A stretch of 64,000 nucleotides of DNA. It comes from Bugula neritina. Taxonomy: Eukaryota; Animalia; Bryozoa. The translations under genes were made by a program, and so were the position numbers. Below the pieces are notes generated by a model. That model made no database searches, was not told where the DNA came from, and saw only the letters and a program-made list of their open reading frames with translations. This document shows, piece by piece, positions 26,316 through 39,076 of the stretch; within the stretch, counting starts at the first letter, position 1, and each line of letters starts with the position of its first letter. The DNA lies in assembly GCA_964035545.1 (NCBI GenBank), contig OZ037766.1, forward strand, positions 28,751,673-28,815,672, given 5' to 3'.

Positions 26316-29300
26316 ATGCGTGTTCCAGTAGTAACTTTGGTCACAATCTGTTCTCTGATTAGATACTCAGCTAGTGTTGGAAGTTATGATGCAGAGGGTG
26401 TTAGAGAGTTGCTGGCAGAACAAAGAGAAGAACTGACAGTTATTCTGAGGCAACAGAATGAAACACATCAGCAACAAATTGAAGTTTTACAGCTAAAAGA
26501 TAAAACTCTACAGCAAGAGTTAGAGCTTCAACAGAAAGCTAATGTAGAACTGCAAGCAACAGTTTACTCCTTACTCAAAGCTGTAAGTTAAAACTATATC
26601 AGCTATAATATTATATAGTTTCTTTCTGTGGTGCATGGAACTTTGCTAAAATAAATGCAACTATAATAAACAGAGCAAAACAATTTTTTGACCTGTGGAT
26701 CTCATGGCTCAACTTAAAATCACAAGCCTTAAAGCTACTAGCTGCTGTTTGAGTTTGCTACATATAAAGAGCTGCATACAATAATTTAATTATTGAATGT
26801 TTGGAAAGTGTTAAGTTGCGTTTATACCTCTGCTGGTGCTGGTAGGTTACTCAGTTTCATTAACTTATATTTTAAGTTGCTCACTGGGGAGTTGCCGAAA
26901 TCCGAAAACTTTGGAGAGACAGATAAAAAAAGGTTCCAGAGTTTGCTGGAACAGATCTGCATTTTTGGTGAGCAGTTAACTTTAATTGCAAATATAACAA
27001 TTCAACTTTGACTAAACTAAGTTATATTGTGGAGATATTTCAGAAGTGTAAATTGTACCAATTATTGTTGTTATGTTCATATTGATATTGAATTTGCAAA
27101 CAATTGATTATGGCTTCTCCCAATATAGCAGTTGCAACCATAAATAACTTTTATAAAATTTAAAGTATACTGCATGCTTTACAATTTTGTGTGTTTGTTT
27201 TCGGTAGTATGTTATTGAAGTTCAACCATGCACTTTAAAATAACCAAGGTTTAAAAATAGCTACATCTTGCATTTTCTGTATACTAAACATGTTTTTCCA
27301 TTGTTATACCAGTAAGTTGACTCATGTTATGAATTACAATTAAACACACCTTTAGTATAAAATCAAAATGATAACAAGCAGACGGTTTAATGAGTGTTAA
27401 AGTAACTATACTACTACTACTACTATAATATACTACTACATGCTACTACTAACACTACCACCACAATACCACTACTACCACCAACTACCACTACTACCAC
27501 TACCACTACCACCACTACCACCACTATACTACCACTACTACCGCTATCATCAATACCATCACTATAGTGATGGTATTGATGATAGCGGTAGTAGTGGTAG
27601 TATAGTGGTGGTAGTGGTGGTAGTGGTAGTGGTAGTGGTAGTGGTAGTAGTGGTAGTTGGTGGTAGTAGTGGTATTGTGGTGGTAGTGTTAGTAGTAGCA
27701 TGTAGTAGTATATTATAGTAGTAGTAGTAGTATACTATTAGTATTATTGGTAATACTACTGCTGCTACTGCAACTGCTACTGCAACTGCTACTACTATGA
27801 TAGTATTACTATTACTACTACTGCTACTGCATGCTACTGTTACTACTACTAGCATTACTATTACTACTACTGCTAGTGCTACTATTACTGCTATTACTAC
27901 TGCTACTACTACTATTACTGCTGCTGCTTATACTATTACTACTATTACCGCTACCTCTACTGCTACTATAATACTGTTGCTGCTAAGTGTTATACAGCTA
28001 CATCATCTATAGTTCAAAAAGTTGATCAGTTAAAACACTTCATTAGGTGTTCGGGGAATTGATGGGAAAGATGGAAAAGATGGAAGTGATGGGATAAATG
28101 GAAGAGATGGAAGAGATGGTAGTGATGGGGCAGCTGGTCTAAATGGCCGTGATGGTGAGAAATAGAAAATATAAAAAAGCAAAACTATTTTTTGCATTTA
28201 CTATATATATATAATTGGTAAATTCATATTGCGCATATAATATGTAAACAAATTGCTAGGTACCAATGCATCTTTAAGAAAATTATTGAGTGCTATAGTT
28301 ATAATTTAAAAAGTAATTACCCAATTTTCATCACTGACAGTATTCTGCTAACTTGACAACTGCTGTAAAAAGTTTTTGCCTTACTTTGAAGAAATGAAAG
28401 TTTCACTCATTTGAAAAGAAGTTACATAAAATTATGAGTCAAATAAAATAATGCACAGAGAGTTTTCTCTAAAAATAATTTTTTACTGAATATTTCTGCA
28501 TAGAAGTTTACTCTGTACTACTATTTGAGTTCATTATTAGTTTTTGCAATCATAGCTGTCTACAATAATTTTAATATGCTAAAAAAACTCATCCAAGTAT
28601 TTAGCTTAGCATTTATTAATGACAATGTTTTAACATTGGAAAGCAAAGACTATAAATAGTTTTGAACAAAATAATTGACATGAAATTTTGCTACAGGCAG
28701 AGATGGAGCACCAGGTTCTCCAGGTGCGCCTGGATTAAAAGGTGCTCTTGGACCAAAAGGAGAGCCAGGAGCTGTTGGAAACGCTGGGAGAGATGGCTTA
28801 CCAGGTGCTCCTGGACCTAAAGGAGACAAAGGTTCATCGGGTTTAGCTGGTATTGATGGTGAAAAGGGAGAAACTGGTGCTAAAGGAGTGCAGGGTGCTG
28901 TTGGAGTAAAAGGTACGAAAAAGAGGGAGTTTTAGGTGCCACAGGTTAAACCCTATAGTAGTCAGCTAGATATACCTGCCTTTTATAACTACTCTATCTG
29001 CAGACAAATAATTTGGGTGCATATGTCCTTATAATTATCCAAAGCGTATTACACTGACCTTCAATGCCTAGCTTTAGGTCAAAATTGCTTACTTTTAGAT
29101 ATAACTATGTTTAACAATGCAGGGTAGTAGCTTGCCGATAATTTTAGAAACATTTACAAGAATCAGCAACTACTAACTGCTAACTATATTCATATTTGAA
29201 TTTAATGAAAAATACTAAAGTTACCACAATTATTTATAAATTCTCCACTACCCCATAAATCTTAGAACTATTTAGTGTAAACACAGTAGGTACTGTAGCA

Positions 29301-30757
29301 AAAACCTGTTTAGGTTGCCCTATTTTTTGTTTATTTAATATCCCTGTTTTAGCACTTAAAGGATTGCTCAATCTTAGTTTATTACAATCACATTATAGTT
29401 ATGAACTATAATCTAATGTGTATGCAAACAATTGTAGCTTTGCAAAGGGATATGTGCCTAAAAAACAGCTTTTCAAAATTCCAATTCTGAGGGAGGTAAA
29501 ATTTTCAGCCATGAAAAAGAAGAGCCTAAAACGTGACGTGTGAACGCCAGTAACTATGCTGCACGTGCTAACTATAACGCTAGTATTCAAGGTTGCTGGG
29601 CGCAACATCAACCAATAACGCTCAAGCAGTTACAGTGCGCTATATAGGTCAGCTTTGGTGTGCCCGTAATATTGCACAATCTGACCTAGTTTAGATCGAT
29701 CGCAGGCATTCATCCTAAAGAATGCATGTTTTTGCAAGGCTTTTTCTAATGTTTACAAGCAAAATATAGCCTAATGCTATCACATACATGTTATTTAAAA
29801 TGTCAAAAAATTATAGGTTAAGATAATTCACATTTGCACTTCTATAAATATACAAATTACAAGCTAAAAGATTACATCTCACAGTCATATTTTTATAGTT
29901 ATTCATTTGTATAGTCACGTGACCAGCAGGAATGCTGGCGCTGTTACGTCACATTTCCCAGCTCATTTCAAAATCGGCGTTTTGGCTGTTACCAATCTAC
30001 ACCCTCAACTTCAACTAACTTTTTCTACCTTTGGTCAAATGCTTTTTGTCAATGCATGCTTAGAAAAACACAATATTATGTGTGTTTGACCTAAATGGCC
30101 ATTTATTAGACAAGATAGAGCAATCCTTTAAGTTTATTTATGGCCAATATCAGAGGCTTATTTAAATTAAATTGCTGTAGCTGGAGTTGTGATTCCTGTC
30201 ACTTTAACATAATTCTTTCAAATAGAGCATATTATAGGGAAAGTGTTTGTGCAACAAATCCAAAATGGCCAACAGCTCTTGCAGCTGACTTATAGATAAG
30301 GGAGGTTAATTAAAGAATCACTAACAAAGTTAGTGAAAGATTATATTTGAGAAATTCCAGTGTGCTATAATATTGTTATAATTTTTACAATTATATTAAG
30401 TATGGGGATTCGTGTATACTGTAATTATCCACGTTGCATGGTTAGACACCAGGCGGAGAATCGAGATAGCAGAAGGTTTATTTGGTACACACTTAATAAA
30501 TAAAAGTAATACAAGTTAACAACACACGTAGACATAAAACTCTCTTATCATAATCAGCATCACGCTCTAACTGTGCACACTAACATTACTGTCCGGAACC
30601 TAGTTACTAAACCGGGAAAAGTCACGTGTCTAAATGATAATTGGCTAGTGAGCACATGGCCCTACGCTTCACTGCCCACTACACCGTCCCCTCCAGCAGA
30701 GAGCCTACTCCCTGCTAAAAATATAAAGTAGGAGGGAAGTGTAGACTAAAAATGACA

Positions 30758-30793
<36 letters not shown>

Positions 30794-30795
30794 TT

Positions 30796-30832
<37 letters not shown>

Positions 30833-33800
30833 AAAAGTGATACAGCTAACATAAAAAAATATACAGACATAAAAAATAATACCAAGATATACACTAGTTA
30901 CCTTTGAGTTCTATTTACAAAAATAATTCGTCGTAGCACAGGTAAAACACCAGAGGGGGAATGGAAATGGATGAGAGATTGTCTAGAGCCAAGAGAGTGT
31001 GAAGAAGAGAGGTAGAAGGGCTGTTACACTAGTCCTTGGTGGCCCGTTTTAGTCGGTTGATGGACTCCTGCAAAGATTTTAGCTCACTGGTTGCTGCCTT
31101 TACTCTGGGGGTTAGCCTATGCACCTCCTTTTCAAGTTAATTTGCCCGTATTTCGACCTCCCGCAGGTTGCGGGCCAGAGGAGACGAACAGGAGGGGGAC
31201 TGTTGTGACCTATGCTTTTTCCTTTCTGCTGGAAGAAGTGGGGGAGGGAGAGTGTAGGCCTGGGTATCTATACGTTGAAGGACAACACGTGGAAGTGTTC
31301 TCGGCCGACGTATGGAGTTAGGGGGGGACGGGGTAGAAAAGCCAGGCGGCTTAGTGACAGGTCCTGGCTTGATGGGCCTAGGCGAGGGAAAGCCTTGCTC
31401 CAGACGGGTGAGTCGAGCAGTGTCGGTGATGAAAGGCCGGATAAGATTGAAGAAGGTATGATAGGAAGGTTCATCTCCATCGTAGATATGTCCCGGGAAA
31501 CAACGCATAGTCCTTTGGTGCCTCAACACATAGTCCCTGTGATAACTGTATTCACCACAGAGACAGAAGGTTGTCACAAAGTTTTGACGGAGGTGTACTC
31601 TTAATCGTCTATGCGTTGTGAAGTGTTGCTGACACAAACGGCACTCTGTGTTGTCATCATTCCCCCGGTACTTCTGGATTTCTGCCTCAGTGGCGGGTGT
31701 GGTCCAGCAAGACTCGATTTCTAGTTGGTGTGGTAGCTGGTTAGCAGTGGGGGGTTGTGAGGTGGGCTCCGGGTCCCAGGCCATCTCCAAAGATGGCATC
31801 CCTGGCGAGACGGGAGCGAGTGCGTTGTCTACAAAAGTAGAATTATTGTCAGATCGCAATGGATCTTTACAACATAATTCTAGTGACGATTGACTGTTAT
31901 TAGTCTGAGAGTCACAACTTTTATAAGGCACTCGAGAGACCAGTTGATTACGTGTAGACTGACCAAGAATAACAGTGTCTAGCTTGAGATCTAACAGATC
32001 GTCGGCCATTACTGCGTCCTCATCGTCATTCACATAAAACGTGGTCCCCAGTAATTCTGATTCAATCCGACCGATTAGTTCAGAATTAACTGGTACCGAG
32101 CCTGTTTCCATAGATAGGAATACAAGACTTATACTGGCTTACCTGTGAACTTGGTATTGGTTTCCATACTCAACGTTCAGTGGTAATAGTTTGGAATTAG
32201 AGAGGTAGTTGTGAGATACGTCTGCCTTTAGCGATGCCAGCGTAGAAAAAAGCCGGGCAGCGTGTTTGTTGCACGTGGTTGGAGCTGTTTGCCCCGAGCG
32301 CATTAATTCCTCCCACTATTCCGCCCTCGCAAAAGTTGATATTTGCGTGGGGTTCACAACTCCTATATTTGCCTGACAATTTCTCCGTATGGTTTTCCCC
32401 CAGACTTTCATACGTGCCGCTTTGGATGCAGTCACATACGAAATCTTTTAAATATGATGGGGTTGCCTCGTACATTGTCCATGCTCCGAGGGAGGTGACG
32501 CACTCACCGGTGGATTAGCAGGGGCCTCTGATGGCGCTTCTAATTTACCGGTAGTGATTATTTCTTCCTGTTCTCCGGATGGAGCCCCTCCCTCCATGGG
32601 GGTTTGCACTTTCGGAACCGGCTCGGTTTCTGGAAGTGATAGCATCAGGCTTGGTATAGGAGGCGGCGGACGCGCTTCTGTGGGTAGAAGCGGTCGCTCG
32701 TCTCGTACCAAGTCTTCATCCCGCGGAATGACCATTTCATACTCGGGTCCATGCCGCCGTCGCCCACGCATTGTCGTCTGCCTCTTGGGCTCCAACAACG
32801 GGGGGGGGAGGGGCTTCTTCTACTGCGTCTAGGCTAGCCCAATATGGCTTCAAGCGAGCCTCATTTTGGATGGACACTTGTCCTGAGTGCTCGATATTGT
32901 AGATATGGTTGGGCATAGCCTCGACTAACATGTAGGGTCCCACGAACTTAGGCTGTAACTTAGCCGCCTGTCTGCGACGCCTACGGTAATGGACAATCCA
33001 CACCCAATCTCCTGTCTGATAGAGGGGTGGTTCCTCGGAATCCTTGCACCACACCTGCCACTGCTTTTCTTGCAGCATTTTGTGTGCGACCCTCATCCGT
33101 TCCACTAGTTCACTGGCATGCTCGTGAACCGAATTGTCTTGCTCTGGAACGTGGTAGGTAAGATGGTCAGGAACACGAGTCTCTCCCCCGAGCATCAGGA
33201 GGTTTAGAGTCTCACCAGTACTGGTGTGTGGGGTGCTACGGTATGCACGCATGACTTGCGGCAACACCATGTCACACTCTTCTTGACTGCATCTGAGGAG
33301 TAGACTCCGGAGCGCATCACCTAGCATTCTGTTATTGCGCTCCACCACCCCGTTACCTTGGGGATGGTAAGGGGTGGTCCTGTTCTGATTTACTCCCCAG
33401 AGGCGGCAAAGGTCGTTCATTAGTTGAGACTGAAACTGAGCGCTTTGGTCAGAGTGTATCTGTTCGAGGAGCCCGAAGTAACAGAATACATGTTGGTCTA
33501 GCACCCTGGCCACTGTCGGAGCTGACGCATCTGGGATAGCTAGAACATCTGCCCACCTGGTAAAGTGGTCGGTTAATACTAAGATCCAACTATTGCCTCT
33601 GGGGGTTAGGGGCATGAGTCCGACCAGGTCGACAGCTACTACTTGCCACGGCCTTCCAGCATATAACCTCCGCCGTCCCGCTTCACCAGAGAGACGGCCA
33701 TGCTTGCTGGCCTGGCAGATTTCACACTGCTTTACTCTGAGTTGGACGTCACGCTCCATTTTGGGCCAATACAACCGGAGTTGCAATTTGGAGATCACTC

Positions 33801-36800
33801 TCTTGACTCCTGCGTGAGCCTGCTTGTGAGTGTCCCAAATTAACTCACGGCGTATGGCAGTGGGACAGACCACCCTCTTCCTTTCCGGGTGTCTGCCGCT
33901 GGCAGCTAGAGAAATGGTCAGCAGACCATCCTGCCCGATCCTCAGCGAGTCCCAACACTGGCAGAATAGCCGGAACTCGGCGCATCCCTGCCACAGTTGT
34001 TCCTCGCTGGGTCGTCGCCCTTCCTTTTTGGCCCGATATATGTCTGCCACTACTCCAGGCAGCTCTTCCTAAAGCTTCTTTAGCTCCCGTACTTTATCGG
34101 CCAAAACAGAGTTGGCGCGGAGGTTTTGTACAACCTCCGGGACTTGTCAACCTTCTGTTTGAGTTGACCCTAGTCCCAGTCAAACTGTGCTCTGTGGCGA
34201 GCTAGTGTCTCTAATTCACATCGTGGGGGACCTCTGTCCTTTTTCTCAATGTTGAGACACTGCTTGCAACCTCCATCAGGTCAGCGGCTCAAACCATCCG
34301 CATTGCTGTGCTTCCTGCTCGGCCGGTGTTCGATCCGGTAGGAGAACTCAGCTAAGATTTCGAGCCACCGGGCGACCTGACTGGACGGTTCTGCTCTCTT
34401 GCACAACCAGATCAGGGAGGCATGATCCGTACGCAGCCAGAACTTCCTGCCGTACAGGTATGGTCTGAAGTGCTTCACTGACTTGATTACTGCCAGCAAC
34501 TCCTTGCGGGTAGTGCAGTAATTTTGTTCAGTGGGTGAGAGAGACTTGCTGTAGTAAGCTACTACTACTTTTTGGCTTTCCTGCACTTGAGACAGCACAG
34601 CGCCAACATTCTGGTCACTGGCGTCTGTCTCGAGGATTTACTCCAGAGTGGGATCTGGGTAGGCCAAGATGGGTGCTGTCAGTAGGCCACCCTTGAAGCG
34701 GTCGAACGCCCCTTGTTCGACCGGGGTCCACTGCCACGTCACTCTCTTTGCGGTGAGCCGGTTTAACGGCTGTGATATCCCCGCAAAGTCTGGTATGTAT
34801 TGTATGTAATACCCTACCAGACCCAAGAAAGCCCGGAGTCCGGTCAAGTCTTGGGAGGTGACCCAGTCTTCTATCGCCCGTACCTTCTCGGGATCCGTTG
34901 CCACGCCGTTTCGACCGACAACGTGCCCCAGGTACTTGACCTCCGGCTGCAATAGAGCGCACTTGGAAGATTTTAGCTTCAGACCGGCACCCCGGAGTCT
35001 TTCGCAAACCTCCCGCAGATGACTGACGTGTGACTCGAAGTCTGGGGAGATCACGATGACATCATCGAGGTAGATCAGCAGTGTTTTTCAGTGGAGTCTG
35101 CTGAGGATTTGCTCCATCAGCCTCTGAAAGGTGGCCGGGGCAGAGGTTAACCTGAAGGGCAGCACCTTCCACTTCCACAGTCTGTCCCGTGTAATAAACG
35201 CCGCCTTCTCCTGGGCGTCGGGACTCAGAGGAACCTGCCAGTAACCGCTCAACAAGTCTAACGTACTGAAGTACTTGCTGCCGGCATAGGCGTCCAGTGA
35301 TTCATCAATTTGAGGTAGAGGGTAGGCATCCTGTATGGTCACGCTATTGAGCTTGCGATAGTCCACACAAAACCGCCAACTGCCGTCTTTCTTCCGGACC
35401 AATACGACCGGCGAGCTCCACGCACTGTGAGCTGGCTCGATGAGGCCGCGGTCCAGAAGATCCCGGACTTGTCGGCTAACCTCCTTTTCCGGCTCCAGCC
35501 TGCGTGTGGGTTGCCGAATAGGGACCGCCCCTGCAGTCAGCGGTATCTCGTGTCTGACAGCTCCAGTCAGTCCCACGTCGTGATCTCCACTACTGAACAC
35601 ATCACCGTAGTCACGTAGCAACTTCGCCATAGCCTGGCGTTCCTCGTTGCTCGCACAGCCACCACAAGCTGTCTCATATAACTTCCGGATGTGTGTTGGG
35701 ACAGCCCCTCGCCCCTTTGGAGGGCGTCGAGGGGCTTCCTCCGTCGCATCTCCTAGCGACGGGCCCACGTCCTCCTCTTGGACAGAATGAAACCGACCCA
35801 GCATAGACCCAGCTGGTAGCTTGATGGACTCAGTAAAAGAGTTAACGCACTGCACCAAGATCTCTCCTCGCTCAGTCAGCTGGTTTAAACTGCTGGCAAG
35901 TTGGATTCTTTCGTGCGCGCCTTCAACTACCCCGAGTCCAGAGATTCGGTTATTGTTCACTCGGCAGTGGCTAGTGGCCCGAGAGCGTCCTGGTACGGTG
36001 CAGTTCTGGACTACCTGGACATCGCCCACTAGAGGACGCCCAGACTTATCCACACAGACGAATTCTCGCTCGCCCATCAGCACTGCCGACTTGCTAAAGT
36101 CTATGCGGCATTGGTGCTGTTTCAAGAAGAGCATTCCGAAGATAGCATCTTCTTCTAGTTGGCTTATGACGAAGGTCTCCTGTACAGCCTGGTCTTGGAC
36201 ACGCCCATTGAGTTCGATGATACCGTGGAAGAGGATACACGACCCGTCTGCTAGGGTGTCATGTTCCTCCGTATACGGTCGTACTCTGTCCCTGTCCTGG
36301 CGGGGCAGTGTCTCGAAGACCCTAGGACTGAGAAGGTTCGTAGTACAGCCGGAGTCTAACAGGAAAGTGACAGCTTTACCCGACACTTTTTCCGGTAGGA
36401 AATAGCTAAACCCGTGTGGTTGCACTTTCACCCCCCTCGTGTGCTCAGCTCTACCTGGGTATGGCTGCGGGGCTTTGCCCGTGGTTTACGGGGCCTCCGG
36501 CGACGTGGTTTGCGCCTGAGCGGCCCTGAGCCCCCCACTGGGCCTTCCGGCTCTACATCAGTGGTGGGCTCCTCTTCCTCGGGTAACCGGTTGAAACGGT
36601 TAGTGAGTGGCAGGGGGAAGGTACCTGGCCGCCGTGGTGGTTGGCTGATCCTGCGTGGTAACTGTCACTCATGGGGAGCATACCGTTGCGTCTGTACAAA
36701 CAGTCGACGGCGTGTCCCGCCATGTTCCTTCAGTCTCGGCCCGCGGAGAGGGAAGACGTCCACGGGCCGTGGCAGTTCAACGTCTTTTGATCCTGGGGGC

Positions 36801-39076
36801 ATCCTCTCTGAGGGTGGTTCTGACTACCACCTCCCCAGCCCGACATCGCAGATGCCATAGGAAACCGGGGGGCCTGGCTGGGGCTGGTGTGAGCGAGAAT
36901 CGCTACCAGTTGTTCCAGCATCCCCGCCATGCGGTTTACCTTCGCGTCCAAGGGGGTACTTTCAGAACCATTGTGGCCCGAGAGAGAGATCGTGGTGCTG
37001 CGTATCTTTCCGCGGCATTAACTCCAATTGGTGGTGGGTTTCCTTGTCCTCTATGTAGTTGGGTAGCCAATAGGTAAGCCTCTCCAGCTCTTAGGGCATC
37101 CTCCACCGTGGTTACTCCTTTGGCTTGCAATTGGTGGTGTAGACCCAAGTCGTTCAACGACTGGACAAAAGCATCATAGGTATAGCGTTCTTGTTGTTGT
37201 GCTGGTAATTCGCTGTACGCGATCTGCGCCAGTCTCTTCACCGTAGCTGCATGTTCTTGTAACGAAGTCCGTGGAGTGCGGCACAACCTCTGTAAGCGGG
37301 CCCTGGCATCTACTGCAAAAATGCCAAAACGGGCCCGTAGCGCAGCAAAGATCCCGTCTATGTTAGTTCTTAGCCCGTACGGCTTAGCCTGCTTCGTTAA
37401 CGCCCTCCGTAGTTAAATAAAGGCCACTCTAGGTGGCCATTGAGCGAGGTCTATTACCTCTCTAAATTCTTGTATGAATTGTTCCACATCTTCCAACCCA
37501 GTAAAGGTGGGGGCTTTTAATCGGTACCGATAAGCCTGTTCTCCTTGTAACACTGGGCCTTCTGGAGTTATTGTAATATCAGGCTCACCGTCTCTTTGTT
37601 GAGCTGGTTCTCTCGCCATCTTTGTTGTGGTCGTCAGTTAGGTTGCATCCGTGCTAATATACAGAATCCTACTGCTGCCACCACTGTTATAATTTTTACA
37701 ATTATAGTAAGTATGGAGATTCGTGTATACTGTAATTATCCACGTTGCATGGTTAGACACCAGGCGGAGAATCGAGATAGAAGAAGGTTTATTTAGTACA
37801 CACTTAATGAATAAAAGTAATAACACACGTACACATAAAACTCTCTTATCATAATCAGCATCACGCTCTAACTGTGCACACTAACATTACTGTCCGGAAC
37901 CTAGTTACTAAACCGGGAAAAGTCACGTGTCTAAATGATAATTGGCTAGTGAGCACATGGCCCTACGCTTCACTGCCCACTACAATATTACATAATGTTT
38001 AAGTTTCATCTTACAGGGCTGAAAGGAAATCAGGGATTTAAAGGGTCTCAAGGAGTGAAAGGAGAAAAAGGAAACATTGGTAACACAGGAGCAACTGGTC
38101 TAAGAGGAGCAACTGGTTCTCATGGAGTACCAGGAACTAACTTTGAAGGAGGTGCTGTGTACACCAGATGGGGGAGGACTAGTTGCAGTGCTGGCTCAAC
38201 TAGACTTTACAAAGGTGTGCTACTTATTAAATCATTTAGATAGCAAAATATATTTTAACAAATTTATAGTTGCTTGGTATTGAAAAAGCGCAGCTTCAGT
38301 TGATGCAGTTATCCATTATATACAGTATATTAGAGTATTATTCTATATTATTATATCGAACATATTTGCTATCACAGGCTTTGTTGGAGGATCATATTAT
38401 ACCCATAGTGGAGGTGGAGTGAACTATCAGTGTATGCCAACTGATCCACAGTATAACAAAGTGAACACTGGATCTTTTTATGGCTCTTGGCTATCTGGAA
38501 CAGAATATGAATCACAGCATTATGGAATATTCCCCAATTCAGCTCATCAACAGAATGTACCATGTGCCAGATGTTATACAGCGAACAGACCAGCTCTTAT
38601 GATGATTCCAGCTAAGAGATCTTGTCTATCTGGGTGGACAAAGGAGTATGAAGGTTATTTACAGTAGAAATACCCAAATTCTTTCTGATGTCAACTAATT
38701 TACACACAACCTTTATGAACTGTAGCCTTCAATTATCATTAGATTGACACTTGGAAATTTTTATCATGGAAATCTAATAACATTTTGATAAATTAAAAAA
38801 GCTTTATAAAATTCCAGCTTCGTAATTTTGAAAAATGAATAAAATAGTTTTAAACTTGTTTTAGGGTACCTGATGTCTGAGCAACATAACCATGCTCACC
38901 CAACTACATATGAGTGTGTAGATCAATATCCTGAGTACATCACAGGAATGAATGATAATGAGAATGGGGCTCTGTTTTACTTTGTCAGAGCTATCTGTTT
39001 AGGAAGTGGAACTACTGGACACTGTCCACCATATGATGAGAAGAAACAGCTTACTTGTGTTGTTTGTTCTAAATAA
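26316..39076 (+). CDS. Secreted short-chain collagen copy 5, ORF intact, ~455 aa; intron 4 carries a MITE and a Gypsy element
   Basis: Exons 26316-26582, 26877-26967, 28047-28154, 28697-28912, 38017-38214, 38378-38653, 38865-39076 (sum 1368 nt); 50 Gly-X-Y triplets. Confidence 0.85.
27407..27734. repeat. Spacerless inverted duplication (foldback) of the intron-2 trinucleotide tract
   Basis: Centre ACTA|TAGT at 27564/27565; arms 158 and 170 bp, differing by 12 bp of repeat units. Confidence 0.9.
29360..30127. mobile_element. Non-autonomous Kolobok-like DNA transposon (768 bp)
   Basis: TTAA TSD on both sides (empty site GCTTAAGTTTAT in copy 3 at ~16050). 16-bp TIR AGGATTGCTC(A/T)ATCTT. 5'-AG..CT-3' termini fit Kolobok rather than piggyBac (CC..GG). 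Confidence 0.75.
31029..32111 (-). CDS. Accessory ORF of the Gypsy element: acidic N-terminus, two C2H2-like zinc fingers, C-terminal coiled coil (one premature stop at 31137-31139)
   Basis: ORF 32111-31137 contains CRLC..F....L..H and CLCG..S....V..H...C. The same frame continues past TAA as LEKEVHRLTPRVKAATSELKSLQESINRLKRATKD* to 31029. Confidence 0.6.
32737..36431 (-). pseudogene. pol: Gypsy pol (protease, RT, RNase H, integrase) broken by stops and frameshifts
   Basis: FLLDSG protease; WRFCVDYRKLN..YPLP..LDLLSGYWQ..PF.L..APATFQR, TGA, then IYLDD; RNase H ETDAS..RKELLAV..TDH..ADGLSR; integrase HHCC, VDL..DHF..SD..VER, KFVGPY. Confidence 0.92.
36730..37619 (-). pseudogene. gag: Gypsy gag, fragmented
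   Basis: ORF pieces 37619-37413 (LKAPTFTGLEDVEQFIQEF), 37286-36936 and 36951-36730 lie between the PBS and the protease. Confidence 0.7.

Larger units (their letters stand above)
30374..37984 (-). mobile_element. Full-length but mutated Ty3/Gypsy LTR retrotransposon (7.6 kb)
   Basis: LTRs 37685-37984 (5') and 30374-30683 (3'), TG..CA, ~6 substitutions plus a 10-bp indel. ATAT TSD (empty site ATAATATTACATAATG in copy 1). PBS 37665-37683 resembles a tRNA-Leu 3' end. PPT GGAGGGGACGG at 30684-30694. Domain order gag-PR-RT-RH-IN. Confidence 0.95.

Noticed and set aside
31091-37077. Plus-strand ORFs inside the Gypsy element
   Set aside because: Antisense to gag/pol/accessory ORF in GC-rich sequence; no recognisable motifs.
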